From Candidatus Krumholzibacteriia bacterium (lineage in GTDB: Bacteria; Krumholzibacteriota; Krumholzibacteriia; WVZY01), in assembly GCA_046754105.1 (NCBI GenBank), contig JBHHVD010000072.1:1-16513 (forward strand): a stretch of 16,513 bases of DNA. Direction: 5' to 3'. The translations under genes and the position numbers were made by a program. The notes under the pieces are model-generated. The model was not told where the DNA came from. It searched no databases and saw only the letters and a program-made list of their open reading frames with translations. Shown in pieces: positions 1 to 7,974 of the stretch; within the stretch, counting starts at the first letter, position 1; every line of letters begins with the position of its first letter.

Positions 1-713
1 TCTGGAAATTCGTCGGGATACCTGACGCGGATCTCCTTTTCCTCCCGGAGCCCCATGCCGGGCAGCCCCTCCCGGAACTCGGCCAGCAGGTTCTCGCCGG
101 AGAGGTCCACCGGGTAGTTGCGGCTCATCGCCTTGTCGTCGACGGTACCGTCATCCAGCAGGGGGCCGTAGTCGATCAGCACCAGGTCGCCCGCCTGGAC
201 CTCTCGGTCCACGACGCGCAGCGTGACCATCCGCTCGCGCATGTGCTCGAGGGCTTCGTCGACCCGCGCGTCATCGACGGGCCTGGGGGCGACCTTTACC
301 TTCAGGCCCCGGTAGCCGTCGATCTCGACCTCGGGGCGGACCTCGACCGTCACGTCCATCGTGATGTCGACACCCTGCTCGGCTTTCACGTTCTCGAACT
401 TGGGCTCGCCCACGGGGGTTATGCCCTCTCGAACCAGCGCCTGTTCGTAGACCTGGGGCAGCAGGTTACGAACGGCATCGCTGTGGATCACCTGGCTGTA
501 GTTCTTCTCCACATACTTCGCCGGCACCTTACCCTTGCGAAAACCGGGCACCTTCAGGTCGCGCCGCAGCTCCACCTTGATCCGCGCCTTCTCCTCTTCG
601 AGCTCCTCTTTCGGTATCGTGAACGAAAGAACACGCCGGCACTGGCTCGGGCTCTTCACCTCGACGGCAAATTTTCGGTCTCTGTCCGGCGTTCTTGCCA
701 AGTCTCTTGCCAT
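1..713 (-). CDS. tig: Trigger factor, N-terminal part (runs off the window's left edge)
   Basis: Not in the ORF track; translated by hand from ATG 713 (GGAG upstream; alternative in-frame ATG at 719): MARDLARTPDRDRKFAVEVKSPSQCRRVLSFTIP...LKVPGFRKGKVPAKYVEKNY...EVRPEVEIDGYRGLKV...GDLVLIDY...EFREGLPGM...EEKEIRVRYPDEF. Contains the GFRxGKVP ribosome-binding signature and the start of the FKBP domain. Confidence 0.96.
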   Translation of the reverse strand, partial: MARDLARTPDRDRKFAVEVKSPSQCRRVLSFTIPKEELEEEKARIKVELRRDLKVPGFRKGKVPAKYVEKNYSQVIHSDAVRNLLPQVYEQALVREGITPVGEPKFENVKAEQGVDITMDVTVEVRPEVEIDGYRGLKVKVAPRPVDDARVDEALEHMRERMVTLRVVDREVQAGDLVLIDYGPLLDDGTVDDKAMSRNYPVDLSGENLLAEFREGLPGMGLREEKEIRVRYPDEFP

Positions 714-730
714 CTTCATCTCCGTTTGTA

Positions 731-816
731 TGGTGCGAGAGGGGGGATTCGAACCCCCACGAGAATATCTCACTGGATCCTAAATCCAGCGCGTCTGCCA
801 GTTCCGCCACTCTCGC
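731..816 (-). tRNA. tRNA-Leu, anticodon TAG, encoded CCA
   Basis: Minus strand GCGAGAGTGGCGGAACTGGCAGACGCGCTGGATTTAGGATCCAGTGAGATATTCTCGTGGGGGTTCGAATCCCCCCTCTCGCACCA: acceptor stem GCGAGAG/CTCTCGC, anticodon arm CTGGA-TT-TAG-GA-TCCAG, long variable arm, GGTTCGAATCC T-loop. tRNA-Leu upstream of tig is a common arrangement. Confidence 0.97.
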
Positions 817-856
817 GTGCGTTGACAGCGCTGCCTGGTTCGCCGGTGCGCGGGCT

Positions 857-886
857 ATGGTACGAACCGCCCAAAAAAAGGGTCAA
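857..886 (-). promoter_or_regulatory. Putative sigma70 promoter for tRNA-Leu/tig
   Basis: Minus strand TTGACC (886-881), 18-nt spacer, TACCAT (862-857), then a GC-rich discriminator-like AGCCCGCG typical of stable-RNA promoters. Confidence 0.55.
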
Positions 887-903
887 GCCTTTTCGCCACT
901 CGG

Positions 904-984
904 CCGCGCCGGTCCACTCACCGCTGGTCCGGCACCGCGTCCGGAATCGGGCGCCCCGCCGGCGCCACCAGCGCCACCGGCGCG
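904..984. repeat. Diverged copy of the intergenic hairpin repeat
   Basis: CCGCGCCGGTCC (904-915) is identical to 2101-2112. Also shares TCGGGCGCCC and GCCACCnGCGCG with the 2101-2184 copy. Stems: CGCGCCGGT/ACCGGCGCG (905-913/976-984) and CGCTGGT/ACCAGCG (922-928/967-973). Confidence 0.55.
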
Positions 985-1008
985 TACGTGCAAGGACGGG
1001 GCCCGGCT

Positions 1009-2058
1009 CTAGTTCAGACGCTCCAGGACGGCATCCGTATAACCGGAGGTCTTGATGCCGCTGCTCGTGGACAGTGACGGAATCTTGCCGGAGGACAGCG
1101 CCGCGTGCATCGCCCTGTCGATCCGCGCGGCAGCGGACGAGAGCCCGATCTCGTCGAGGAGCATTTGCAGCGCGCTGATCGTCGCAAGCGGGCAGACGAC
1201 ACCCCGCCCGGCGTGTTTCGGCGCCGAACCGTGGATAGGCTCGAACATGCTGACCCGCCCCGGGTGGATGTTGCCCGACGCCGCCAGACCCAGCCCGCCC
1301 TGAACGGCGGCGCCAAGGTCGGTGATGATGTCGCCCATCATATTGCCCACGACCGCGACATCGAACCACTCGGGATTCTTTATCATCCACATGCACGCCG
1401 CGTCGATGTAGGCGTGATCCCTCTCGATGTCGGCGTACTCGGCCCCGACTTCGTCGAAGGTGCGGCTCCACAGTTCCTGCGCGGGCAGCGCATTGCGTTT
1501 GTCGATCAGCGTTACCTTCTTGTCCTTGTTTCGCTTTCTCGCCAGTTCGAACGCGTAGCGAACGGCGCGCTCCACCCCTTTGCGGGTCATAATCATTTCC
1601 TGCACGGCCACTTCGTCCGGCGTGCCCTTTTTGAATTGTCCGCCGATTCCCATGTAGAGCCCTTCGGTGTTCTCGCGGACGAACACCATGTCGACGTCGT
1701 CGGGGGTCTTGTTCTTGATCGGGGTCAAGGCCTCGGCGTAGAGCTTGATCGGCCGCAGGTTGACGTAGAGATCGAGGGTCCAGCGGACGCCACCGACAAT
1801 CGCTCTTTCCAGGACTCCGATCTCGACCCGCGGGTCACCGATGGCGCCGAGCAGGATGGCATCCATCTCCGCATACTCGGCGAATACGCTCTCCGGCATG
1901 AGCTCGCCGGTCTTCAGATAATGCTCCGCCCCAAACGGGTAGGATACGGTTTCGAACTTGAGACCTTCGAGTTCTTCGACCTTCTTGAGTACCCGGAGCG
2001 CCTCGTCGACGACTTCCGGTCCGACGCCATCGCCGGGTATGACAGCCAGCTTGTGCAT
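1009..2058 (-). CDS. leuB: 3-isopropylmalate/isocitrate dehydrogenase family beta-decarboxylating dehydrogenase (LeuB type 2-like)
   Basis: IPGDGVGPEV, LLGAIGDP, NLRP, VRENTEGLY, GDIITD and FEPIHGSAP motifs. Family is certain; exact substrate is not (see findings). Confidence 0.85.
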   Translation of the reverse strand: MHKLAVIPGDGVGPEVVDEALRVLKKVEELEGLKFETVSYPFGAEHYLKTGELMPESVFAEYAEMDAILLGAIGDPRVEIGVLERAIVGGVRWTLDLYVNLRPIKLYAEALTPIKNKTPDDVDMVFVRENTEGLYMGIGGQFKKGTPDEVAVQEMIMTRKGVERAVRYAFELARKRNKDKKVTLIDKRNALPAQELWSRTFDEVGAEYADIERDHAYIDAACMWMIKNPEWFDVAVVGNMMGDIITDLGAAVQGGLGLAASGNIHPGRVSMFEPIHGSAPKHAGRGVVCPLATISALQMLLDEIGLSSAAARIDRAMHAALSSGKIPSLSTSSGIKTSGYTDAVLERLN

Positions 2059-2100
2059 GACACCTCTTTCTTTGCTGAACGTTCCTCTCGCCTAACCCAT

Positions 2101-2184
2101 CCGCGCCGGTCCTGTCAGCGAACAGCCCAACCGTGCTCGCTATCGCTCCGCGCGGTCGGGCGCCCGTTCGCTGCCACCCGCGCG
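2101..2184. repeat. Intergenic multi-stem hairpin repeat, copy A
   Basis: Shares GGTCCTGTCAGCGAACAGCCC..CCGTGCTCG and GCGCGG.CGGGCGCCCGTTCGCTGCCACCCGCG with 5415-5501; nested inverted repeats. Confidence 0.85.
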
Positions 2185-2196
2185 AAACTGCATCGC

Positions 2197-3414
2197 CTAT
2201 GCGTTCGGGTTCTCGAGCACCATCGCGATCCCCTGGCCGCCGCCGATACACGCGCTGGCGATGCCGTAACGTTTGCCCGTCCGGTTGAGCTCCAAAGACA
2301 ACGTCAGCAGCAGCCGAGCGCCCGTGGCCCCCAGCGGGTGGCCGAGCGCGATGGCGCCGCCGTTGACGTTGACCTTGTCCCGGTCCAGCCCCAGCTCCTT
2401 CTCCACGGCCAGGTACTGTGCCGAGAACGCCTCGTTGATCTCGAAGAGGTCGATCTCTTCGAGAGCCTTGCCCGTTTTCTCCAGGAGCCCGCGGATCGCG
2501 CCCACGGGGCCGATACCCATGATCTCCGGGTCGACGCCCACCGTGTGCCACCCGGCGATCTCGGCGAGCGGCTTGTGGCCGTCGCGCTCCGCCACGTCCC
2601 CGTCCGCAACGACGACGCAGGCGGCACCGTCCACCATGCCGCTGGCGTTGCCGGCGGTCACAAACCCGTCCTTGCCGAAGGCCGGCTTGAGCTTTCCGAG
2701 CCCCTCCATCGTCGCACCCTCGTAGAGGTGATCGTCGGTGTCGATCGAGATCGTTCCCGCCCTCCGGTCCTTGATCTCCACCGGGGCGATCTCCTCTTTG
2801 AAACGTCCGCTGGCGATGGCCTTCGCGCCGAGCTGGTTGCTGCGAAGCGCGAACTCGTCCTGATCCTCGCGGGGGATGCCCCGATCGCGCGCCAGCTTCT
2901 CCGCCGTCTGCGCCATGAGCAGATCGCAGTACGAGTCCTTCAGCGCCTCGAAGAGCGAATCCTCGAGCCGGGCGTGTCCGAGCCGGATGCCGGTACGGCC
3001 CTCGCGAATCACAAAGGGAGCCTGGCTCATGTTTTCCATGCCGCCGCACAGCGTGTACGAGGCACCGTCACCGATCAGGTGCGCGCCTTCGACCGCGGCC
3101 TGGATGCCCGAACCGCACAGGCGGTTGACGGTCAAGGCGGGGACTTCCTTGGGCACACCGGCCTTGAGACCGACGTGCCGTGCGCCGTAAATGGCGTCGC
3201 CGCTGGTCTGCAACGCGTTGCCCATGACGACGTGATCGATCTTCCCGGGCGCTACACCGGTCTTCTCCATCGCCGCACGTGCCGCCACCGCGCCGAGCCC
3301 GATGGCGGATACGCGGTTGAACTTTCCGCCGCGCTCTCCGGTTCCCGTCTTACCGCCTACCCACTCCGCCATCGGCGTGCGTGCGCCGCCGAGTATCACA
3401 AATCGTTTGCTCAT
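2197..3414 (-). CDS. Acetyl-CoA C-acyltransferase (thiolase)
   Basis: Start reassigned to ATG 3414 (MSKRFVILGGARTP; AAAGGGAG SD) because the longer ORF overlaps the upstream gene. Catalytic motifs NRLCGSG, NEAF, GHPLGATG and CIGGGQG are intact. Confidence 0.95.
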   Translation of the reverse strand: MSKRFVILGGARTPMAEWVGGKTGTGERGGKFNRVSAIGLGAVAARAAMEKTGVAPGKIDHVVMGNALQTSGDAIYGARHVGLKAGVPKEVPALTVNRLCGSGIQAAVEGAHLIGDGASYTLCGGMENMSQAPFVIREGRTGIRLGHARLEDSLFEALKDSYCDLLMAQTAEKLARDRGIPREDQDEFALRSNQLGAKAIASGRFKEEIAPVEIKDRRAGTISIDTDDHLYEGATMEGLGKLKPAFGKDGFVTAGNASGMVDGAACVVVADGDVAERDGHKPLAEIAGWHTVGVDPEIMGIGPVGAIRGLLEKTGKALEEIDLFEINEAFSAQYLAVEKELGLDRDKVNVNGGAIALGHPLGATGARLLLTLSLELNRTGKRYGIASACIGGGQGIAMVLENPNA

Positions 3415-3425
3415 GTCGTCTCCCT

Positions 3426-4592
3426 TTACGTGTAGGCCGCCACTCCCGTCAGCGCGTGTCCGATGATCAACGTGTGAATATCGTAGGTTCCCTCGTAGGT
3501 ATCGACCGATTCGAGATTGCACATGTGCCGCATGCTTTGGTACTCACCGCTGATGCCATTGGCTCCCAGGATGGTGCGCGTCTCGCGCGCGATTTCGAGC
3601 GCTTTGCGCACGTTGTTGCGCTTGGCCATGGATATGTGCTGGAAATCAGCCAGCCCCTTGTCCTTGAGCCGGCCGAGTTGCAGCGCCAGAAGCTGTGCGA
3701 GAGATATCTCGGTCGCGACGTCGGCAAGCTTTCGCTGCGTCAGCTGGTAGGCGGCAATCGGCTTGTCGAACTGGATGCGCTCCCTCGCGTACTCCAGAGC
3801 TTCGTGACAGCACGCCATCGCCGCGCCCACCGCACCCCACGCGATACCGTAGCGAGCCTGGCTGAGACACATTAGCGGGCTCTTGAGCCCTTTCGACTTC
3901 GGCAGCAAGTTGGCTTTCGGTATGCGGCAATCGCTGAAAATCAACTCGCTCGTATCGCTCGCGCGTAGCGAGAGCTTGTACGGAACTTCTCTTGCCTCGA
4001 ACCCGCCGCGGTCCTTCTCGACGATGAAGCCCCGGATCTCGCCGTCGAGTTTGGCCCATACAACGGAGACGTCAGCGAGGCTGCCGTTGGTGATCCACAT
4101 CTTGGCCCCGTTTATGACGTAGTCGCCACCGTCTTCGACGGCGGTCGTGATCATGCCGCCCGGATTGCTGCCGAAATCGGGCTCGGTCAACCCGAAACAG
4201 CCGATCGAGTCCGCCCTGGCCAGGCGCGGCAGCCAGTGGTCCTTGTGCTCCTTGCTCCCGAACTCGTGAATGGGATACATGACGAGCGCCGACTGCACCG
4301 ATGCAAAACTGCGAAAGCCTGAGTCGCCGCGTTCGAGTTCCTGCATCATGAGCCCGTAGGCGACGTTGTTCAGGCCCGCGCATTCGTAGCCCTGAATCGT
4401 CGCCCCGAAAACCCCGAGCTTTGCGAGTGGCTTGATCAACTCCGCTGGAAAGGTGCCGCTCTCGTAGTGCTCGGTGATGACGGGCAGCACTTGCTCTTCG
4501 ATGAAACTCCTCACCGTGTCCCGCACGAGCCGTTCGTCGTCGCTCAGCTGGCTGTCGACGAGCATATAATCGAATCCATCGTACCGTTTCAT
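3426..4592 (-). CDS. gcdH: Acyl-CoA dehydrogenase, glutaryl-CoA dehydrogenase subfamily
   Basis: ELERGDSGFRS, VQSALVMYPIH.FGS, CFGLTEPDFGSNPGGM, GAKMWITNG and TYEGT (catalytic Glu) are characteristic of the glutaryl-CoA dehydrogenase subfamily. Confidence 0.88.
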   Translation of the reverse strand: MKRYDGFDYMLVDSQLSDDERLVRDTVRSFIEEQVLPVITEHYESGTFPAELIKPLAKLGVFGATIQGYECAGLNNVAYGLMMQELERGDSGFRSFASVQSALVMYPIHEFGSKEHKDHWLPRLARADSIGCFGLTEPDFGSNPGGMITTAVEDGGDYVINGAKMWITNGSLADVSVVWAKLDGEIRGFIVEKDRGGFEAREVPYKLSLRASDTSELIFSDCRIPKANLLPKSKGLKSPLMCLSQARYGIAWGAVGAAMACCHEALEYARERIQFDKPIAAYQLTQRKLADVATEISLAQLLALQLGRLKDKGLADFQHISMAKRNNVRKALEIARETRTILGANGISGEYQSMRHMCNLESVDTYEGTYDIHTLIIGHALTGVAAYT

Positions 4593-4593
4593 G

Positions 4594-5376
4594 TTACTTT
4601 CCCCTGAAATCGGGCTTGCGTTTTTCCATAAACGCCCCGAGGCCTTCTTTCATATCCGAGCTTGCGCACAGCACTCCGAAGGTGGTCGCTTCGAGAATGC
4701 AGGCGTCGTCGAAATCCAGATCGAACCCGCGGTCGATGACCTCCATCGCCGCGGCAAGCGCCAGCGGTCCCTTTGCGAGCAGGGTGTCCGCCGTGGCCTT
4801 TGCCGCGTCCATCAATTCCCCGTGCGCGACGACCTGGGAGACGAGCCCGATACGCAGCGCCTCCGCCGCGTCGATGATGCGTCCCGTGAGCACCAGGTCC
4901 AGCGCCATACCCTTGCCCACGATGCGCGCCAGCCGCTGCGTACCCGCGTACCCCGGGATGATCCCCAGGTTAACCTCCGGCTGACCGAACTTCGCCTTGT
5001 CCGAAGCGATGCGAATCGTACATGCCATCGACAGCTCGCAGCCGCCGCCCAGTGCAAACCCGTTCACCGCCGCGATCGACGGTTTGCCCAGCGTCTCGAG
5101 GCGCCGGAGAATCCCCTGCCCCCGGCGCGCGGTTACGGTGCCGCTCATGGGATCCTGCCGGGCCAGCTCGGATATATCCGCCCCCGCGACGAACGCCTTG
5201 TCCCCCGAACCGGTGAGGACCAACACGCCCACCGCCGGGTCCGCGGCGACGTCGGCGATGACCGCATCGAGATCCGACATGAGCTGGCCGTTGAGCGCGT
5301 TCAATACGTCGGGCCGGTTGAGCGTCGCATACGCAACCCGGTCCTTCTTTTCCAAGAGAATATGTTCCAGTGCCAC
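4594..5376 (-). CDS. crt: Short-chain enoyl-CoA hydratase (crotonase)
   Basis: LNRPDVLNALN, AFVAGADI, GFALGGGCEL and FGQPEVNLGIIPGYAGTQRL, with both catalytic Glu residues. GTG start with GGAGG upstream. Confidence 0.93.
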   Translation of the reverse strand: MALEHILLEKKDRVAYATLNRPDVLNALNGQLMSDLDAVIADVAADPAVGVLVLTGSGDKAFVAGADISELARQDPMSGTVTARRGQGILRRLETLGKPSIAAVNGFALGGGCELSMACTIRIASDKAKFGQPEVNLGIIPGYAGTQRLARIVGKGMALDLVLTGRIIDAAEALRIGLVSQVVAHGELMDAAKATADTLLAKGPLALAAAMEVIDRGFDLDFDDACILEATTFGVLCASSDMKEGLGAFMEKRKPDFRGK

Positions 5377-5414
5377 TTCCGTCCTCCTTGATCGATAAGA
5401 CTCCTGGGAGCCGT

Positions 5415-5501
5415 CCCATCGCGGGTCCTGTCAGCGAACAGCCCGCCCGTGCTCGTACGCCGCGCGCGGGCGGGCGCCCGTTCGCTGCCACCCGCGATGG
5501 G
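5415..5501. repeat. Intergenic multi-stem hairpin repeat, copy B (most perfect)
   Basis: Stems: CCCATCGCGGGT/ACCCGCGATGGG (5415-5426/5490-5501), CAGCGAAC/GTTCGCTG (5432-5439/5480-5487), GCCCGCCCGTGC/GCGCGGGCGGGC (5441-5452/5464-5475). Confidence 0.88.
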
Positions 5502-5524
5502 CAACCCCGCGACCCTCGACAACC

Positions 5525-5571
5525 GCCGAACCCACCCGTGCTTGGGGAAAACCCGTTCGCTATCACCCGTG
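5525..5571. repeat. Truncated/decayed tandem copy of the hairpin repeat
   Basis: CGAAC..CCCGTGCT..CCCGTTCGCTATCACCCGTG parallels CGAAC..CCCGTGCT..CCCGTTCGCTGCCACCCGCG in copy B, with part of the apical stem deleted. Confidence 0.55.
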
Positions 5572-5597
5572 TCGGGCCAACGGTCACCGTCGAGCGC

Positions 5598-6446
5598 CTA
5601 CTTCGTGTAGTCGTAGAACCCCTTGCCGGCTTTCTTACCCCAGTGTCCGGCCAGCACCATGCGCTTCATCAGCGGCGGAGCGGCGAAACGCGGATCCTTG
5701 AATTCGTCGAACATGATATTGGCGATATAATACGTCGTGTCGATGCCCACGAAATCCAGCAGGGTCAACGGGCCCATCGGGTAGCCGCAACCGAGCTGCA
5801 TAGCCTTGTCGATGTCCTCGCGGCTGACCCGGCCTTCTTCGAACATACGCACCGCCTCGAGCAGGTACGGAACCAGCAGCTTGTTGACGACGAAGGCCGT
5901 CGTGTCGGGACAGGTAATCGGCTCTTTGCGAAGCGACGACACGAACTCGCGCGCCTGGGCGACGGCCGAGTCCGACGTGGCGATGGTCTTGACCACCTCG
6001 ACGAGTTTCATGACCGGCACGGGGTTGAAAAAGTGCAGGCCGAGGACCTTGTCCGGCCGCTTCGTTGCGGCCGCCAGCTCGATCACGCACACGGACGACG
6101 TGTTGGTGGCGAGCAACGTGTCCGGCCCCGTGATCTCGTCCAGCTTGCTGAATATCTTCTTTTTCTCTTCTACGTTCTCGATGACCGCCTCGATCACGAG
6201 GTCGCAGTCCTTGAGGTCCTCCAGTTTCGCGCTGCCCTGAAGGTTATCCCGGGTCTGGGCCGCCTGCTCCTCGGTGATCTTGCCCTTGGCAATGCCCTTG
6301 TCGATGGTCTTGCTGATGCGGTCGAGGCCCTTCTTGAGGACGGCGTCGTTCACCTCGACCACCACGGTTTTGTACCCGGACTGGGCGGCGACCTGCGCGA
6401 TACCGGAGCCCATCAGCCCGCAACCCACAACGCCTATGGTTTTCAT
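5598..6446 (-). CDS. hbd: 3-hydroxybutyryl-CoA dehydrogenase
   Basis: Start at ATG 6446 (MKTIGVVGCGLMGSGIA; AAAGGAGG SD), 282 aa. Rossmann GxGxMG, DLVIEAVIEN, ATNTSS, GLHFFNP, MGPLTLLDFVGID and GKKAGKGFY motifs. Confidence 0.95.
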   Translation of the reverse strand: MKTIGVVGCGLMGSGIAQVAAQSGYKTVVVEVNDAVLKKGLDRISKTIDKGIAKGKITEEQAAQTRDNLQGSAKLEDLKDCDLVIEAVIENVEEKKKIFSKLDEITGPDTLLATNTSSVCVIELAAATKRPDKVLGLHFFNPVPVMKLVEVVKTIATSDSAVAQAREFVSSLRKEPITCPDTTAFVVNKLLVPYLLEAVRMFEEGRVSREDIDKAMQLGCGYPMGPLTLLDFVGIDTTYYIANIMFDEFKDPRFAAPPLMKRMVLAGHWGKKAGKGFYDYTK

Positions 6447-6597
6447 TTTGATGTTCCCTCCTTTGGATTTCCCTGTTTTCGGGCGGCCGCCCCTTGTGGC
6501 GTCCGCGCATCGCGGTTCCAACGATCGCCCCGCCCAGGCACCAGCCGGTCGGGGCCGTCGCCAACCCGGCCCGCACCGGACCGTGGGGGCGCAGAGC

Positions 6598-7785
6598 CTA
6601 GTTCTTGTCAATGAGGAGTGACATTCCGAGGCCGCCGCTTACGCATAGCGTCGCCAACCCGGTCTGCGCTTCCCGGCGGTTCATCTCGTGAAGAAGCGTC
6701 ACGACGATCCGCGCGCCGGTCGCGCCGATCGGGTGACCCAGACTTATCGCACCACCCCGAACGTTCACCCGCTCGTGGTCCAGCTCCAGATCCCGCAGAC
6801 AGGCCAGCACTTGCACGGCAAAGGCCTCGTTCAACTCGACCAGCCCGACGTCGTCCAGCGTGAGGTCGTTTCGCTGCAGGATCTCACGCGTCGCCGGAAC
6901 CGGTCCGATGCCCATGCGCCGGGGATCGACGCCGACCATCGTATGATCGCGCACAAAACCGAGCGGCTTCTTGCCAAGGCGCGCCACCTCTTCTTCCGAG
7001 ACGAGGAGTAGCGCCGCGGCCGCGTCCGTAATGCCACTCGCGTTCCCCGCCGTCACCGTTCCGTCCTTGCTGAACACCGGCGCGAGTTTGGCCAGTCCTT
7101 CCATCGTTACGCCGCTGCGAGGGTGTTCGTCTTCGCACACTTCAACGGTGCTGCCTCGGCCATCGGTGGCGGTGACGGGCAGGATCTCCTCTGCGAACAA
7201 ACCGTCTTTCCGCGCTCCTTCCACACGGCGCTGACTCGAGATCGCGTAGCGGTCCTGCTCCTCCCGGCCGATCCCGTACTCTTCGGCCAGCACCTCCGCC
7301 GTCTCCCCCATCAGCAACTCGGAAAGCGGGTCCATGAACCCGTCCCGGTACATGCCGTCAATGAGCTGCGCGTGACCCAGGCGGTAACCGAACCGTGCCC
7401 CGTCGAGAAGAAACGGCACCCGCGTCATGTTCTCCGTGCCCCCGGCAACCACGCAGGATGCGCGCCCGGCCGAGATCGCGTCGCAGGCCAGCGCGATCGC
7501 TTTGAGACCACTCGCGCATGCCATGTTCACGGTGTAAGCGGGGACTTCTTGCGGAATGCCCGCCCGGTACGCGATCTGCCGCGCCGGATTGGGGCCGCCG
7601 CCCGCCTGACGGGCGTTACCGAATATGAGCTGGTCGACGTCGCCGGCAGCGGCTCCCGCCCGCTCCAGGAGCCCGGTCACGATCGAGACCCCGAGGTCCA
7701 CCGCCGATAGAAGACGGAACGCGCCCAGGAACTTGCCGATCGGCGTCCGCTTCGCCTCGATGATCGCGACGCGCGGGGTTTTCAC
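6598..7785 (-). CDS. Acetyl-CoA C-acyltransferase (thiolase), first gene of the cluster
   Basis: Probable start GTG 7785 (GGAGG 5 nt upstream; the track extends to 7797). Motifs [26 protein letters not shown] and CVSGGLG. Confidence 0.95.
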   Translation of the reverse strand: MKTPRVAIIEAKRTPIGKFLGAFRLLSAVDLGVSIVTGLLERAGAAAGDVDQLIFGNARQAGGGPNPARQIAYRAGIPQEVPAYTVNMACASGLKAIALACDAISAGRASCVVAGGTENMTRVPFLLDGARFGYRLGHAQLIDGMYRDGFMDPLSELLMGETAEVLAEEYGIGREEQDRYAISSQRRVEGARKDGLFAEEILPVTATDGRGSTVEVCEDEHPRSGVTMEGLAKLAPVFSKDGTVTAGNASGITDAAAALLLVSEEEVARLGKKPLGFVRDHTMVGVDPRRMGIGPVPATREILQRNDLTLDDVGLVELNEAFAVQVLACLRDLELDHERVNVRGGAISLGHPIGATGARIVVTLLHEMNRREAQTGLATLCVSGGLGMSLLIDKN

Positions 7786-7819
7786 CCATCCCTCCACTCG
7801 AATGTTTTAACGAATTATA

Positions 7820-7832
7820 AATCAATGACTTG
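7820..7832 (+). promoter_or_regulatory. Putative IHF binding site
   Basis: AATCAA-TGAC-TTG matches the WATCAANNNNTTR consensus exactly and is preceded by an A/T-rich tract (7801-7819), unusual in this GC-rich window. Confidence 0.5.
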
Positions 7833-7841
7833 CTCGGGCTC

Positions 7842-7870
7842 AGGGTACCCGAGGCGGGTCGTTTCGTCAA
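7842..7870 (-). promoter_or_regulatory. Putative sigma70 promoter of the acyl-CoA catabolic operon
   Basis: Minus strand TTGACG (7870-7865), 17 nt, TACCCT (7847-7842), with a T-tract upstream. A second perfect TATAAT lies at 7819-7814 without a good -35. Confidence 0.55.
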
Positions 7871-7898
7871 CAAAAAAGTCTGGGCGGAAACACGGTAT

Positions 7899-7914
7899 CG
7901 GAACCAGATTTGCA
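7899..7914 (+). promoter_or_regulatory. Putative sigma54 (-24/-12) promoter for the 929-aa gene
   Basis: CGGAACCAGATTTGCA has the invariant GG-N10-GC spacing and TTGCA -12 element of TGGCACGNNNNTTGCW, about 60 nt upstream of the start codon. Confidence 0.45.
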
Positions 7915-7974
7915 TCCTTTGTTCGTGCGAGTTGTTGCAAGAATCCGGGCGCGCGCACACGGAGTCGATGACCG

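Noticed and set aside
731..816. tRNA as a possible integration site or island boundary
   Set aside because: No integrase, no duplicated tRNA 3' end seen in the window, and tig follows directly.
243..1055. 270-aa plus-strand ORF and the 529-810 minus-strand ORF
   Set aside because: They overlap tig and the tRNA-Leu; the 'MAELADALDLGSS' translation is simply tRNA sequence.
1105..3435. 776-aa plus-strand ORF
   Set aside because: Antisense shadow of leuB and the thiolase. It has no recognisable motifs, and long stop-free antisense frames are expected with high-GC codon bias.
3415..3522. N-terminal extension of the second thiolase
   Set aside because: Overlaps the gcdH 3' end; the SD and family start support ATG 3414.
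904..5571. Repeats considered as a CRISPR array or intrinsic terminators
   Set aside because: They are dispersed rather than regularly spaced, too long, have no cas genes nearby, and no U-tract follows the stems.
6447..6611. 55-aa N-terminal extension of hbd in the ORF track
   Set aside because: A strong SD precedes ATG 6446, family homology starts there, and the extension overlaps the upstream thiolase.
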